NCBI RefSeq assembly: GCF_006345805.1
Contig: NW_021836311.1
Coordinates: forward strand, 3,471-67,470
Length of the DNA stretch: 64,000 nucleotides
Source: Octopus sinensis
Taxonomy: Eukaryota
Direction of reading: 5' to 3'
The first letter of the stretch is position 1; the number at the start of each line of letters is the position of its first letter. Below the pieces are notes generated by a model, which saw nothing but the letters and a program-made list of their open reading frames with translations, did not search any database and had not been told where the DNA came from. Position numbers and translations under genes: made by a program. This document shows positions 50,761-64,000 of the stretch, one piece after another.

Positions 50761-52246
50761 TAATGTGCAAGGTTAAATATATATCTCAAATGTGTCTACA
50801 GATCTCCTAAGTCTATGCTGTTCATATGCAGAATGTGGCTTTCTAATCCAACTTACCCTTACCCTTTCGTCTAACCATATGCTTCTTTTTGCTCGGTATC
50901 CAATAAGACGGGTAGTGTTTGAATAACCGAGCATTACTTGAGGCAGTTGCAGTGTATATATTTAGCGCTTTTTAAAATAAAGAAAAGAAAGAAATATATA
51001 TATATATATATAATGAAATCTTTGGAAATAGTTTTGTTTTATTTTTATTTAATACCCTTTCAAATACCAATTATATATTTGTAAGTCTATGTTATAAAAC
51101 GTTCTAATTATTGTTGCTCTAGAATAAGTTTGCACTAATTCATTTCCTGCTTTGTGCATGAAGTAATTTTTCTCAATTACGCTCTGTATTTGATTTAAAT
51201 AAATACAAATCGCTCCGCTACACAATTACGTTCACTCTAATCGAAAAATTCCATTGTATTCTGTATTGTGCGTGAATATAGCAAAGCTGAAACATATATT
51301 TAAGGAATGAAAGGATGTATTTTTATAAATCACATTATTAGATATGCGTGTGGAAATTTTCGGAGCCTTACAAGTATTCCTATGAATCAGTTCATTATTG
51401 TTGATGTTGTTGTTTCATCCTAGATCAGTTTGATGAAGTATATCTATGATAGAACCTGTCAAGCTGTGATGATAATTCCATCATAACTTTTTTTACCCCC
51501 CATACACACGATATATCTATGGCTACATTATTGAATGTGTCTTCCCGCTCTCAAGTCGATAAGTTTGATTTGAAGAGCATTTGACGTTTAATTCTAGCAA
51601 GCCAATCTGTAGCATATATATATTAGAGGCAGGTAAAGAAATATCTTCATGCAGAGATTTCAAATATGATTGAAATAACGGTGGAGGGGACAAAGCATAC
51701 ACTAACTCTGCTATCTATTTCTCCATCCGTCTTCATAATCCACTGTCCTTGTGTGGATCCTGAGGGAAGAGTCCTCAGACAAGCCTTCCAAAGGATCACT
51801 GTTTCCCCCATTCCAGGCGATACCTACTGACGCAAGAGATAGTATGCAAACATCGCATTCATCGTCTAACCCTATGTTTCTTGCAGGTTGGCCTAACCGT
51901 AAAAATCTCCTACGATCCCATTATTAATTTGATGTATCATCATCATCGTCATCATCATTATCATTTGATATCTAAGAAATGCTTGATACATTTCTAAAAT
52001 AACGATTCCGTACAAGTTTGAATAAGATTATGCTTAGATGTGTTCATGTAGCTGAAATAACGTGTAAGTTCATCAGCAATGAGATGAAGCGATCGCTGCC
52101 AGTAAAGGATTAGCGATATAAATTCAAAGATTTTTACGGTCAGCTTTCTAGGAAGGAAAATATAAACCACCAGATCAGTACAACTGTAATTTCTGCTAAC
52201 ACCACCACCACCACCACCATCACCACCAACACCACCACCGTCCGCG

Positions 52247-52316
<70 letters not shown>

Positions 52317-52474
52317 CACTGCTGTTGTTACAGCTGCTGGCGCAATGTTGCACCGCTTAGAAATAAAGTTTTGGCTTTAGACTTAGATCTTAAATCAGAT
52401 ATTTACCTACACACACAGAAAAATAAACACGCACACATATGTACATGCATGCCTATGTATACACACAAGGCCTC

Positions 52475-52513
<39 letters not shown>

Positions 52514-53304
52514 TATAAGAAGCGTTGCCAGAGTATGATTAATGCGCATTTGTATTAATGTATTATAGCGAAGTGTTAAGTGTGAGATGATGAAGAAAAA
52601 CATTAAAAAAAAATACAAATATTTACTTAAATAAGGTATGCAAAAAAGGGGGGTATAAAACGAAGACTGACAGTCAGTGAGGAAGACAAAATAGATAAAC
52701 AGAAATCTATTAATAGAATAAGTTTGAATTGATCTTATGTTTAGCCATCTGTATGTGAATGTTTGCGTTATTCATGGTAAATGACTAACTAGGATAACAA
52801 CTTGTTGTTCAAGCACTACTAAAATTAAAACATGGCCGAACTTAACTTCCGGTTTGCGTAAAATGTACTTATTCATAAGAAGATTTTTTTCAGACCGCAA
52901 GTCTTGTTTTTAGCGTACAGTGTGAGGTCTTTAAATGGCAGATAGTATTTTGTGGATAAAATCTGGTATGAACTGGCTTTCGTTTCTTTGCGGTGGTTTA
53001 TCTTCCTTGTGTGAATTCGCTATTTTAACTTCTTTCACATCAATTGTTGCAAAAAGATGGTCTTATAATTAGCTGACCATCCAGAAAGCCACTGATTTAA
53101 GATATATATGCATATTTGAATGTATGAACGGGTACATACTGTGTAAAATGATAGCCACCAGCCGAGAGGGACTGTGATTTGATAGACTTCATGATGATTT
53201 TAATAATTATTTTAGGTGCCTAGGTATTCGGGAGCAGACAAAGCCACTCTCTTGGGGATTCTGCACTTGCTCCAGCAGAATATCCAAGACGGGAAAGATA
53301 CAGA

Positions 53305-53435
53305 GGAAGACGTGCCCAGACTGGAAATAATGTATTTTGTTCAAGAGTACAACACACCGTCCGACACAGGAATCGAACCTGCGCACAGCATTATAATTGT
53401 GTGGCCAGATTCTTAATCACAGAGCAACGCACATT
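53305..53435 (-). mobile_element. Degenerate C-like SINE head fragment
   Basis: CCAGACTGGAA...TTGTTCAAGAGTACAACAC...GGAATCGAACC...CTTAATCAC is the reverse of the C/D head and core. Confidence 0.5.
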
Positions 53436-54045
53436 CAAGATCTCACATGCACCCACACACACACACGTGTGTGTGTGTGTGTGTGTACATGTGGGAACGT
53501 GGAGTTTGTAATTTCGTGTGTAAAAATAAGACTTTTATTTTCATTTCTAATGACATGAACGAATATTTACTCTATTACCAACATTTTGGATGCCAAAAAC
53601 GTTTGGTAAAAACATAAAAGTTCTTTTATGATTACGTGAATTTGTTTATTTTCCATTTCAGTAAGAAAAAAAAAAGAAATGAAAAAAATTCAACTTCATA
53701 TTCCATAATAGTGCTACTAAAATATTAATGATATATCGATATAAATATATTTTTTTAATGACTAGAGTTTTGGTCAATCAGTCAATATATTATAATATTT
53801 ATTTATATATTCAATTACTTATTTTTACGATGGTTCTCAAGAAATATAGTTAAATGATGTCTAATCGGCAATGAAACTCGCACGAATAATCAATTTGCGT
53901 GTGATTATCACCATACACACACACACACACACACCCACCACACCATTTAAACACATATAAATATATATATATTAAATATATATACACACACATTAAATAT
54001 TATATATAATTATATATAGACACACACATAATATATATAATATAT

Positions 54046-54109
<64 letters not shown>

Positions 54110-54677
54110 ATATATTATCATCTATATATATATATATATGTATGTATGTATATCTTGCAACTTAGATGCACGTAAATACTGATCGATAAAATAGTACCAT
54201 GTTCAAATAAATGCTACAATCAATATGATCGCCTGAAGCTTTAAAGTGTGGTGCCCCAGTATGACCGCACCATAATGACTAAAACCAGCACATAGAATAT
54301 ATATGTGTGTGTGGTGTGTGTGTGTTGAATAATTCATAAGGTTGAACTTATTATCCTGTGATAGCGAACGCTTATACTGAGACTTAATATACATTGGAGG
54401 TGGGTCGGGCCCCCTCTTAACAAGAAGCATACCAATTTGAACTACAGTGATAAGCGTAGTTGCTTAGCCAATCTGACATACGGGCATTCTCCACATATTA
54501 ATCACTCATTAATTTATTAAGCTGAATCAAGTAATGAATATTAATTAATGCACGTATTCACAATAGACCTATGCTGACTCACATTTTTGTCCCTTCTTCA
54601 CTCGATGATATTGGTGATATTGTTTTCTATTTTTCTCTTTGGAAACGTCACATCCCTGCCACTCTCTTACCCTTGCT

Positions 54678-54734
<57 letters not shown>

Positions 54735-54849
54735 ATTTGTTTTTCAAAACTGTTTTTGCTTATTTTAAAATTCCGTATACACATTTGCGACGTTCCGCCA
54801 CGCAGTTGCTCTCGCAGGCTCTCGCCAACTCGATGATATGATAGAAACC

Positions 54850-55030
54850 TATTTCTTTACTACCCACAAGGGGCTAAATAGAGAGTGAACAAACAAGGAC
54901 AGACAAAGAGATTAAGTCGATTGTATCTACCCCAGTGCGTAACTGGTACTTATTTAATCGATCCCGAAAGGATGAAAGGCAAAGTCGACCTCGGTGGAAT
55001 TTGAACTCAGAAAGTAGCGGCAGACGAAAA
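54850..55030 (-). mobile_element. SINE family B (long tail), 5'-truncated
   Basis: TATTTCTTTACTACCCACAAGGGGCTAAA...GGCAAAGTCGACCTCGGTGGAATTTGAACTCAGAA...GCAGACGAAA. Confidence 0.88.
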
Positions 55031-55272
55031 TGGAAAAACCATTTTTTACAACAGAAAAACAGAGTACAGGACATACTACACAAGGAAAAATCCCCTTCAT
55101 CAGCTGTCTCTAGTTCGACTCTAGCGCGTTTCGAAGGCAAGACAGAACACGACTCGTTAAACTAATCCTTCCTGCGAGATGTCCTGTACTCTGTTTTTCT
55201 GTTGTAAAAAAATGTTTTTTTCCGTTTTCGTTTCTCGTTTAGTTCTACGTCTAGTTGTGGTGTCCTGTACTC
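55031..55272. mobile_element. Repeat X in inverted (foldback) arrangement
   Basis: Arm CATTTTTTACAACAGAAAAACAGAGTACAGGACAT (55040-55074) is the reverse complement of 55179-55214 with one indel, extendable to about 50 bp; homologous to 207-351. Confidence 0.7.
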
Positions 55273-55439
55273 ACGTATATATATTTATATATGCATGTAT
55301 ATATACATGTAGATGTAGGTACGTACATATATGTTTGTATGTATGCATATATTTTATTTATTACACTATTGTTTGACAGCGCCTTCGCGTCGATTCGATT
55401 CGATTCATTCGCTTCGTTCCGTTCTCATTCTCCCAGTAC

Positions 55440-55515
<76 letters not shown>

Positions 55516-55544
55516 TATATAATATGCGGTGTGTGTGTGTGTGT

Positions 55545-55955
55545 GTTTGTGTGCCTGTGTTTTTTCCCGCCCACATCGCTTGAAAAATGATGTTGGTGTG
55601 TTTACGTCCCCGTAACTTAGCGGTTCGGGAAAAGAAACCGATAGAATTAGTAGTAGGCTTACAAAGAATTAGTCCTGGGTTCGATTTCCTCGACTAAAGG
55701 GGGTACTCCAGCATGGCCGCAGTCAAATGACTGAAACATGTAAAAGATTAAAAGAGTAAAAGAATAAGAGGGGCGAAATGCATTGTGGCATTTCGTCCAT
55801 CTTTATGCTCTAAGTTCAAATTCCGCTGAGGTCCACTTTGCTTTTCATCCTTTCGGGGTCGAAAAATAAGTACCAGTGAAACACTGGGGTCAATATTTTC
55901 GACTTGCACCTTTCCGCAAAATAGACGGCCCTGTGCCAAAATTTGAAATCTGTAT
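55545..55955 (+). mobile_element. SINE family A tail (55545-55765) followed by 5'-truncated SINE family B (55768-55955)
   Basis: Matches the respective modules elsewhere in the window. Confidence 0.82.
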
Positions 55956-57528
55956 TAATTTCTATGGGAACGGCATGAATGTTACACTTCGTTATCAATA
56001 TATAAATACATTTTAATGCCAGGAGTTTGGGTTATTCAGTGAATATATTATATATATCTATTGAATTATTTATATTTTTCCACTAGATTTCTCTTTGTCC
56101 AACAAATCACAGAACTTTGTGCCAAGGCAGAAGTAACACTTTTTTATATATTTCAAGAAGAGGATGATTATGATGATGATGGTGATGATGTTGGTGGTGG
56201 CGGCGATGGCGGTTTGGCAGTGGTGTTAACGGTGTTAGTGCTGGTGTTGTTGGGGATGATGATAATGATGGTGATGGTGGTGGACGTGGTGATGGTGGTG
56301 GCGGTGGTTGTCATAGTGTTTATGATGATGGTGCCGCTTCTGATAACGAAGATGATGACAACGACGACGTCGACGATTTATTATAATACAGGCCAATGAT
56401 AAATGAACCTTTGTTATAATGTAAATCAATGTAGAAATGGCTTCAGAATGGGCGAGTTCATTGCGAATAGAATTATTGATTATGAATATTCACAGAATAG
56501 GTGAGGTCGCCATGTAAAAATCATGCTGTACAAAAAACTAAATGAAAAAAAAAAAAATTGTCACATTGAATTCTGGCCCAACATCACAGAAAATCCCTTG
56601 GACTGGATGTTGAAATGAACATGAAAGTGAAAACAAGCCAATAAAAAATATATTAAGATGATATGAAGAACACGTGTTACGTTGTTTATTAGTTATCTGT
56701 AGTCGAATTACTGCGGAATATTCTCTTTGAACAGGAATTAAATGCTTCGTTTCTCTAGTTAATTTTTTCCACTCTGAGGAATGTGCTTAGAATTATTGTG
56801 CATTCTAATTTTAAACTTGGACAAATTTAAAGTAGTTTGAAAACCACATCGATTTCGCGTGATTCGTGGGAAAAGCCTGCGAATGTCCTGTGTCCTAGGT
56901 TCTGAGTAAACCTCGACATGTCAATGAGTGGACGGTTCACAGGCTATAATTAGCAGGCAAATCTCTTTCTTAATTTATTCTGCATCTTTAGCGAAGATGG
57001 GGACATTGAAACATATGCTACTGGGTTCGTTCCCCTTGCAAGAACATGAGTAGGTCAAAATGAGAATAATTTTCATCCATAGTTTTGTCCCATTAAGGCT
57101 CACCTGGGTTCGATTAAGGCCTTAAGAAATTCACTACAACCGCATTGAAAAGAAAGGAGAGAAGAAGAGAATCGGAGTGATTGAGATCGGAAGGTAGTGA
57201 AGAAAATAATATAAATTGGAATGAATAATATGCGAAAAAAGAAAAAGGCAAGAAATGGATTGAGAAAATGGTGCAGAAGAGTAAGTGAGGAAGGTAATGA
57301 AAATACAATGAACATAAAGGAAGCTGAAAAAGAATGAAAAGAAAAACAAGATGTATCGATGAAACGAAGAAAACAAGGCCGATCGATGACAGAACGATGT
57401 TGTAAAACAATGATAAAACAATGATAGAAGAAAAATCTTGGAAGAAGGAAAATAGGTGACAGAAAGAAAAGGAATGAAGAAGAATTCATTCTAATTTTCG
57501 CACGAAACCAATAATTCTAACGGAGAGA

Positions 57529-57693
57529 GGCAAGTCGATTACATCGACCCCAGTAATTGACTGGTACTTAATTTTATTAGCCCAGTCAGGATGAATGACT
57601 AAGTTGCTCACAACGGCAATTTGAGCCCAGAACCTGAAGAGTTACTGCTATAAGTTTTGTTTGATGTGCGAGCGATTCTGTCAGCCGCCTTAG
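57529..57693 (-). mobile_element. SINE family B, diverged
   Basis: AGTCGATTACATCGACCCCAGT...CTGGTACTTAATTT...CGATTCTGTCAGCCGCCTT. Confidence 0.75.
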
Positions 57694-58202
57694 AGAAAGA
57701 AATGACACTGAAAGACTGTATAATAAAGAACACCACACAAGGAAAGATATACGACACAGAAAAAACAAAAAATTAGCTAGATCGAGTAAAAGTTTTTGTC
57801 TTAATTAAAACCATTTTTAAAAGGCACATGTCTCAGACTAAGGTTGAAGGATAATTTTCATGACTCATTTTTATTTACTGAGTCTTTCAGCCACGCCTCG
57901 TAGATTAACACACACAACACACGTATACCATACATATTATATATATAATATATAATATATATATATATATATATAATATTATACATACATAGATATACAT
58001 ATATATATATATATTATACATACATATATATATTATATACATACATATATATATATATATCATACATATATATTATATATATAATACATATATATACATA
58101 CATATATACTAATCATATACATATATACATATACAATATATACATATATATATATACATATATAGATATACATATATATACATACACTCATATATATATA
58201 TA

Positions 58203-58243
<41 letters not shown>

Positions 58244-58876
58244 GGGTTGCAACAAAGAAACTTAGAACCCACCAGTAAAAGGCAATGAAGGGCCAGCTGG
58301 TGGTGCGCAGTAATGGTAGTGATGGTGGTAGTGGGGTGGGGCTGATGGTGATGATGGCGGCTTCGAAACAAGGCAACGGATTAAGCCTTACAAAGAGCCA
58401 AGATTTAAAATCTACCACCCAGTTTTAAGAAGAAGTCTTTGAAATGGGGAAAAGAAGAAAGAAAGAAAGAATACATGGCAGTGTATAGAAAAGGAAAGCA
58501 GCTAAACTGATAAGAGCGAAAGAAACCGCAATAATTTAAGAACGATTATAAAATATGCAAAAAATGAGGAAGTTTTAAATAAAAATATTGCTTTGTAATC
58601 TTGTTTTCTTCTTCGGCCTCGAGTCGTCCCTGCGAGAGCAGAGTTTATGTTCAAAGGCATTCCATCCGTGACAATTCCATTATTTTTCCAGACATAGTGG
58701 AACCAGGATAATACATTATCCAATATGTCCTTCAATGGTTTTGAGCGGTTTTAGAAGAATTTTTGCTGGCATTTCTAACACTGTTGAAAAACCACACTTT
58801 TCAGGGTTATGGGTGCGGTTTAATAGTACCACATGCTAGTCATATGTGTATATGCGTAATGTGTGTTTGTGTGTGT

Positions 58877-58928
<52 letters not shown>

Positions 58929-59552
58929 ATGTACTGTGATACTTAAATATAAATCACTAGAAGTAAAAAACTAACCGCAAAAAATCAAAATGAAAATTCG
59001 AATATATACACATATGCATATATATATATACTCATATATACATATGCGTGCGTGCTTGTGTGTGTGTTTGTGTATGTATGTGTGTGTGTGTGTGTATAAA
59101 AGTGAGAGAGTGTAGATAAAAATAGCTTCAATCGATTGCCAAGTCCACATGCACATTGTTCAGCTTAAAAAGTATCTGATGACGCTATTGTTCCATTAAA
59201 TATCGTTGGTTTCAAATCTTGAAAAACGAGTGCACCGTATCTAACTTCCTATGATTTAATAAATATATGACTAATCAACAAAAGCTCGGACGCTATCATA
59301 CTTGCACCTTGTTGCCTTGTATGCCTTGTTGTGTTTCAGGAACAATAAAAGTCACATATTTGTTTTATGTGTCAGGTTTACTAAGAACTTTACCTGAAAT
59401 GAATGGTCAAGCGCCCACTACAGGAACGGATTTCTCGTTCGTCAGATTGACGCTAACACTTACATGTATGACCTGTGTCACACACATTATATATCTGTGT
59501 GCGTGTACGCGTGTGCGTGTACGCGTGTGCGTGTATGCGTGTGCGTGTATGC

Positions 59553-59583
<31 letters not shown>

Positions 59584-59654
59584 CGAGCATGCGTAGGCAA
59601 GAACATTTTTATAAACAAACATAGAATTGTCAGGTGGGTGACATATCTTTTATC

Positions 59655-60035
59655 TTTTATTTGTTTCAGTCTTTAATTGACGGCCATGCTAGGGCACCGC
59701 TTTGAAGAATTTTCGTGAAACAAATAAGCCTCAGTACGAATGTTTTTAAAGCCTTGTACTTATGCTCTCCATCTATTTTGCTAAACTGCCAAGCTATGTG
59801 GACATAAATACACCAACATCGGTTGACAAGCGTTGGTGGGGGAACAAGCACAAACACAGACACACACGTATATATGATATGCTTCTTTCAGTTTCTGTCT
59901 ATCAAATCCACTCGCAAGGTTTTAGTTGGCCTGAGGCTATAGTAGAAGATACTTGCTCACGGTGCCACGCAGTGATACTAATTCCGGAACCATGATGTTT
60001 GCATTCAAGCTTCTTACCTTAGAGCCACACCTGGG
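59655..60035 (-). mobile_element. SINE family A, diverged, near complete
   Basis: Reverse tail GGCCATGCTAGGGCACCGC...CACCAACATCGGTTGACAAGCG and reverse head CTTTCAGTTTC...GAGGCTATAGTAGAAGA...GCCACGCAGT. Confidence 0.85.
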
Positions 60036-60199
60036 CATATATATTTCTAGATATTAAGAAAATCTTGAGCGCAAGAGAATAGCTGTATCAATGGCTTTTA
60101 CGATGCATCCTTATAGATGGAAAATTGTCTGTATGAGCACTTTACTCGATTTTCTAAAATCCGTAGTCACAGCAATTCTCCTACGTTCAAGATTTTCTT

Positions 60200-60450
60200 A
60201 AGTTCTAAAGACATATTTATATCATTCTATATATCTTATTTAACTTGGCTATACTGTAGAAAGCTGCGATATTCGCCATTACAAGAACGAATCAGGTAAG
60301 CGAAGAAGTATATAAGTTGCATTACAAAACACATCCAATGGAGCCGGTGGAAATCCAGATTTCTACTATTTTGAGCGTTATCAGAAGCAAGTACCCACTA
60401 GCAACTGCATACTTAGACAAATTTAGCTCCAGTGATATAGAAAAAATGAT
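60200..60450 (-). pseudogene. Possible GIY-YIG C-terminal relic (Penelope-like)
   Basis: A minus frame reads ELNLSKY...KIVEIWIST...CNLY...LNK, loosely like LSKY.W..K...W.I...CNLC...LNK. Weak, with stops. Confidence 0.2.
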
Positions 60451-61891
60451 AAACAAATTACTGGTAACGCAAATAACCAGCAGATTTTGAAAATTTCGTT
60501 ATTAGCAACAGGATTAATTCAAAATCGCATTTTGTGTGTTTTATTTAACATGGATAAACTGCATCAGCAGCGTTTAATATTTATATAGATATCATTTCTA
60601 CGTTCGTTTTCAACACAGTCACTTTTTCGCACTTATGTATATCAAAATTTGGTTTACATCAATTCTTGATATTGCTGTCACAAATGTGATGAACAACAAA
60701 GATATCATTTTACGTTTCTCGTCTGATACTATTATCGTAGCGAAGGTCTTTCTACATTTGAGCGATCATGAATATGTTAAATATAAACGTGTACGCATCT
60801 TTATTTTGATCACCGTTACTTAGCGTGCTGTTAATTCCAGCTTGACAAAGCTTTGCACACTCCAGCGAATTTTATACTTGCTGTTTCCTTGTAAAACGGC
60901 AATTATTAGCGGGCTACAAACGATGAATTTAACACCTTCAGCTGTTGAAGTGTAGCGACCCAGAAACACCTGTTCTACAAGTCGATAACATCAGTCATAG
61001 CTCAGCTCGATATGTGTTCACATACATGGTTTATAAGGAGAATTTCTCATCCGTATCGTGGGCTCTTTTAAGTGTGTACTTTGAACGTAAACGAACGAGT
61101 TAAATAAAAATGAACGAATTAAATATAAACAGAAATTCTAAACACGGTCACACTCCTACGTACATAAACAGAGGCGCACTAAACACATATGTATACATAT
61201 ATATAGATAAATATCACAGGAACACATCATTTTCCGTGCAAATATATTGTAATCTTTTATGTTTTACTGAAATTCAATCCCTAGAAACTATAAAGCGACT
61301 TCACCGCACGAACCAACCCCCTGACTCATACTCATTGCCTCTGAAGAAATATAAAAGACTTTCCCACCCAACTGAAGAATAAATACCTCTGATGACGAAA
61401 AGGGAAGTATCTCATTATGTGTATCATTATTTCTTTTTTGTATCTCTATTTACATATTTTATATATATATTTATTATTTTTTATTTCACATCTTGTTTTT
61501 CTTTTCTGTATTTATTTGGGAGCAGAGTGTATTCTGTCACGATGCGATCGTGCCATCTGTTCTCAAAGGAATTAGGGAACATGTATGGAGTGCCAATTCT
61601 TGAATTCAATGGGGCGTTTCTAGTTATCTGTTGATGCCCATTTCGGTGCATCAGGGAGTTTATAAGTGGGACGCTATTGTGCCTCACTTTAAACTTCGCC
61701 GCAATCCTTTCAACTCTCGCTCTCACTCCTCTCACCCCACCTCTCTCATACATATCCTATATGTTTCATTCTCTGTACATTTTATCCCTTTCGTCCATAA
61801 TTCTATAGACAGTTTCTGTGATTCTGTTCTTTGTTTTTTTTTCACCTATCGTTCCTCAACCTCCTTCTGTCTATCTATCTATCTATCTATC

Positions 61892-61923
<32 letters not shown>

Positions 61924-62138
61924 ATAATATATATATTATATATATAAACTCTATCTATTGTTTATAACTATCTATCTACCTATCAAATCTGTCTATATAT
62001 CTATATATATATATGTATATATATGTGTGTGTGTGTTTCTGTATGGGTGTCCGAAATTTTAAGTAATGTGGAGCTGAGTAAATCTGCAGTTCAGTGTGGC
62101 GAGTGCTACTTTCTTTCCTTCAATCACTCACTGATACT

Positions 62139-62172
<34 letters not shown>

Positions 62173-63037
62173 CAACACACACACACACGTCTATATGTCT
62201 ATGTGTATGTCATATGTCTATATGTGTGTCCGTGAGCGTGTGTGTACATATATTCACTGTCGGACAAACGTTCATTCTGGAACATGACATATTTGCGTGT
62301 GTGTGTGTGCATATATATATATATATATACTCTACGTTGTGTGGCATATATGTATAACGCTCATCCATATTTCTTTCTAGGCCTCTATGTCACGCTGTCC
62401 TCCATTGCTTCTGGCTTACACTCCTTCGTTCTGCTGTCTTTCTCTCTATCTCCGTCTCACTCTCTTCCTCCCTGCATCTCTGCCTCTCCCTCTCTCTCTC
62501 TCTCACACTTTCACTCTCATTGGGATCTACTATACACGATACACACCGGCACTTACACGCACGCAGGCGCGCGCACACTCATGCCATCGTCTCGACGCAC
62601 GCGCAGACACACAAACACATACAAAGATAGATACATAATTGATCAATGAATCACCCTGCGAATATCATCCCCACATGGACCCAAAACCCTATCCAAACCA
62701 CAATGGTGTACTCACAAATTCGACATGGCCATATGGAATTCCGCAGTAATTACAGCACGCACATGCAAATACCCCCGAAAACTTTCAATTCTAGCCCCCT
62801 GCCGCATAGATCTTCCATCTCTTCTAATCCCGCTTCGCTCTCTCCTCTTGTTACTCTCGCTTCTCCGCTGAAGCAGTCACTCCTTCTCTGACTACGCTAT
62901 CTTCTTTTTGTTACTATTTCTCGAAATTTTGTATCTCATCCTCTACAAATTTACCTATAGGTTTATGCATATATATGAGCCTATCTTTCTCTCTCCGCTG
63001 TCTGCCTGCCTCTCTGTGAGTGTGCGGGCACGCGCGC

Positions 63038-63069
<32 letters not shown>

Positions 63070-63099
63070 AGTGTGTGTATATATATATAATATATATAA

Positions 63100-63131
<32 letters not shown>

Positions 63132-63194
63132 GCATATATTATAATATATATATATGTATGCATATATATATATATATATATATGTATATATGCA

Positions 63195-63229
<35 letters not shown>

Positions 63230-63432
63230 GCATGCATATGCGCATATTTGTGTAAATATCTATGTATCTATCCTCTTAACCACACACAAATATATACTAT
63301 ATTATATGCATATTACACAGACAGACACACATAACATACATACTCGACACACACGCACACACATATATACCAAAACTTTGGCTGTCTCTTCTACCGATCT
63401 GTCCGCCTATGTGTATGTATGTTTGCGTGTGG

Positions 63433-63843
63433 GTACGTACGTACGTACGTACGTACGTATGTATGTATGTATGTATGTATGTATGTATGTATGTATGTAT
63501 GTATGTATGTATGTATGTATGTATGTATGTATGTATGCATTTATGTATGTATGTATGCATTTATGTATGTATGTATTATGTATGTGTGTATGTATGTATG
63601 TATGTATGTATGTATGCATTTATGTATGTATGCATGTATGTATGTATGTATGTATGTATGTATGTATGTGTGTATGTATGTATGTATGTATGTATGCATG
63701 CATGTGTGTATGTATGTGTGTATGCATGCATGCATGCATGTATGTATGTATGTATGTATGTATGTATGTATGTATGTATGTATGTATGTATGTGTGTATG
63801 TATGTATGTATGTATGTATGTGTGTATGTATGTATGTATGTGT
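63433..63843. repeat. Long (TACG)n(TATG)n microsatellite
   Basis: Direct reading; source of the MYVC-repeat ORFs. Confidence 0.95.
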
Positions 63844-64000
63844 GTCGTTTTTAACTTAACTCGTTATGAAGAAATAGCAGACATGTGCTGGTAGTTTGGT
63901 TCGGACGTCATGTTGAGCATGCCAACAGCTTTCTGAAGAACAAAAGACCTTGTGTAGCATCTTGAATTTCACCATAATCATAATCACCAACATAATGCCA

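Noticed and set aside
60300-60490. Stop-free plus-strand stretch of about 62 codons
   Set aside because: Starts just after a GTAAGC donor-like site rather than an acceptor and has no recognisable motif; the opposite strand has a weak retroelement-like reading.

Overview
AT-rich eukaryotic (animal) DNA saturated with microsatellites and short interspersed repeats. The repeat complement and simple-repeat load resemble an octopod cephalopod genome, which is an inference I have not checked against a database. I recognise no intact host protein-coding gene, rRNA, true tRNA gene or CRISPR array. Most supplied ORFs are translations of simple repeats, and a few overlap transposon relics. Supportable content: about 25 copies or fragments of tRNA-headed SINEs in several families (my own labels A-F), a truncated DD37D/maT-like Tc1-mariner relic (9451-10076), an internally deleted mariner with TIRs and TA TSD (15200-15771), two small MITE-like elements, and decayed LINE fragments. 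The most interesting signal is a set of hammerhead-ribozyme (HHR) motifs from at least five unrelated short repeats, several sitting in microsatellites. The best case is at 21175-22213: a 363-bp hairpin-rich unit in two tandem copies plus one inverted copy. It carries a minimal type I hammerhead with a compensatory U3-A8 core, and the inverted copy ends almost exactly at the predicted cleavage site. This fits a retrozyme or a Penelope-like pseudo-LTR array. All RNA folds were derived by eye and no activity has been shown.
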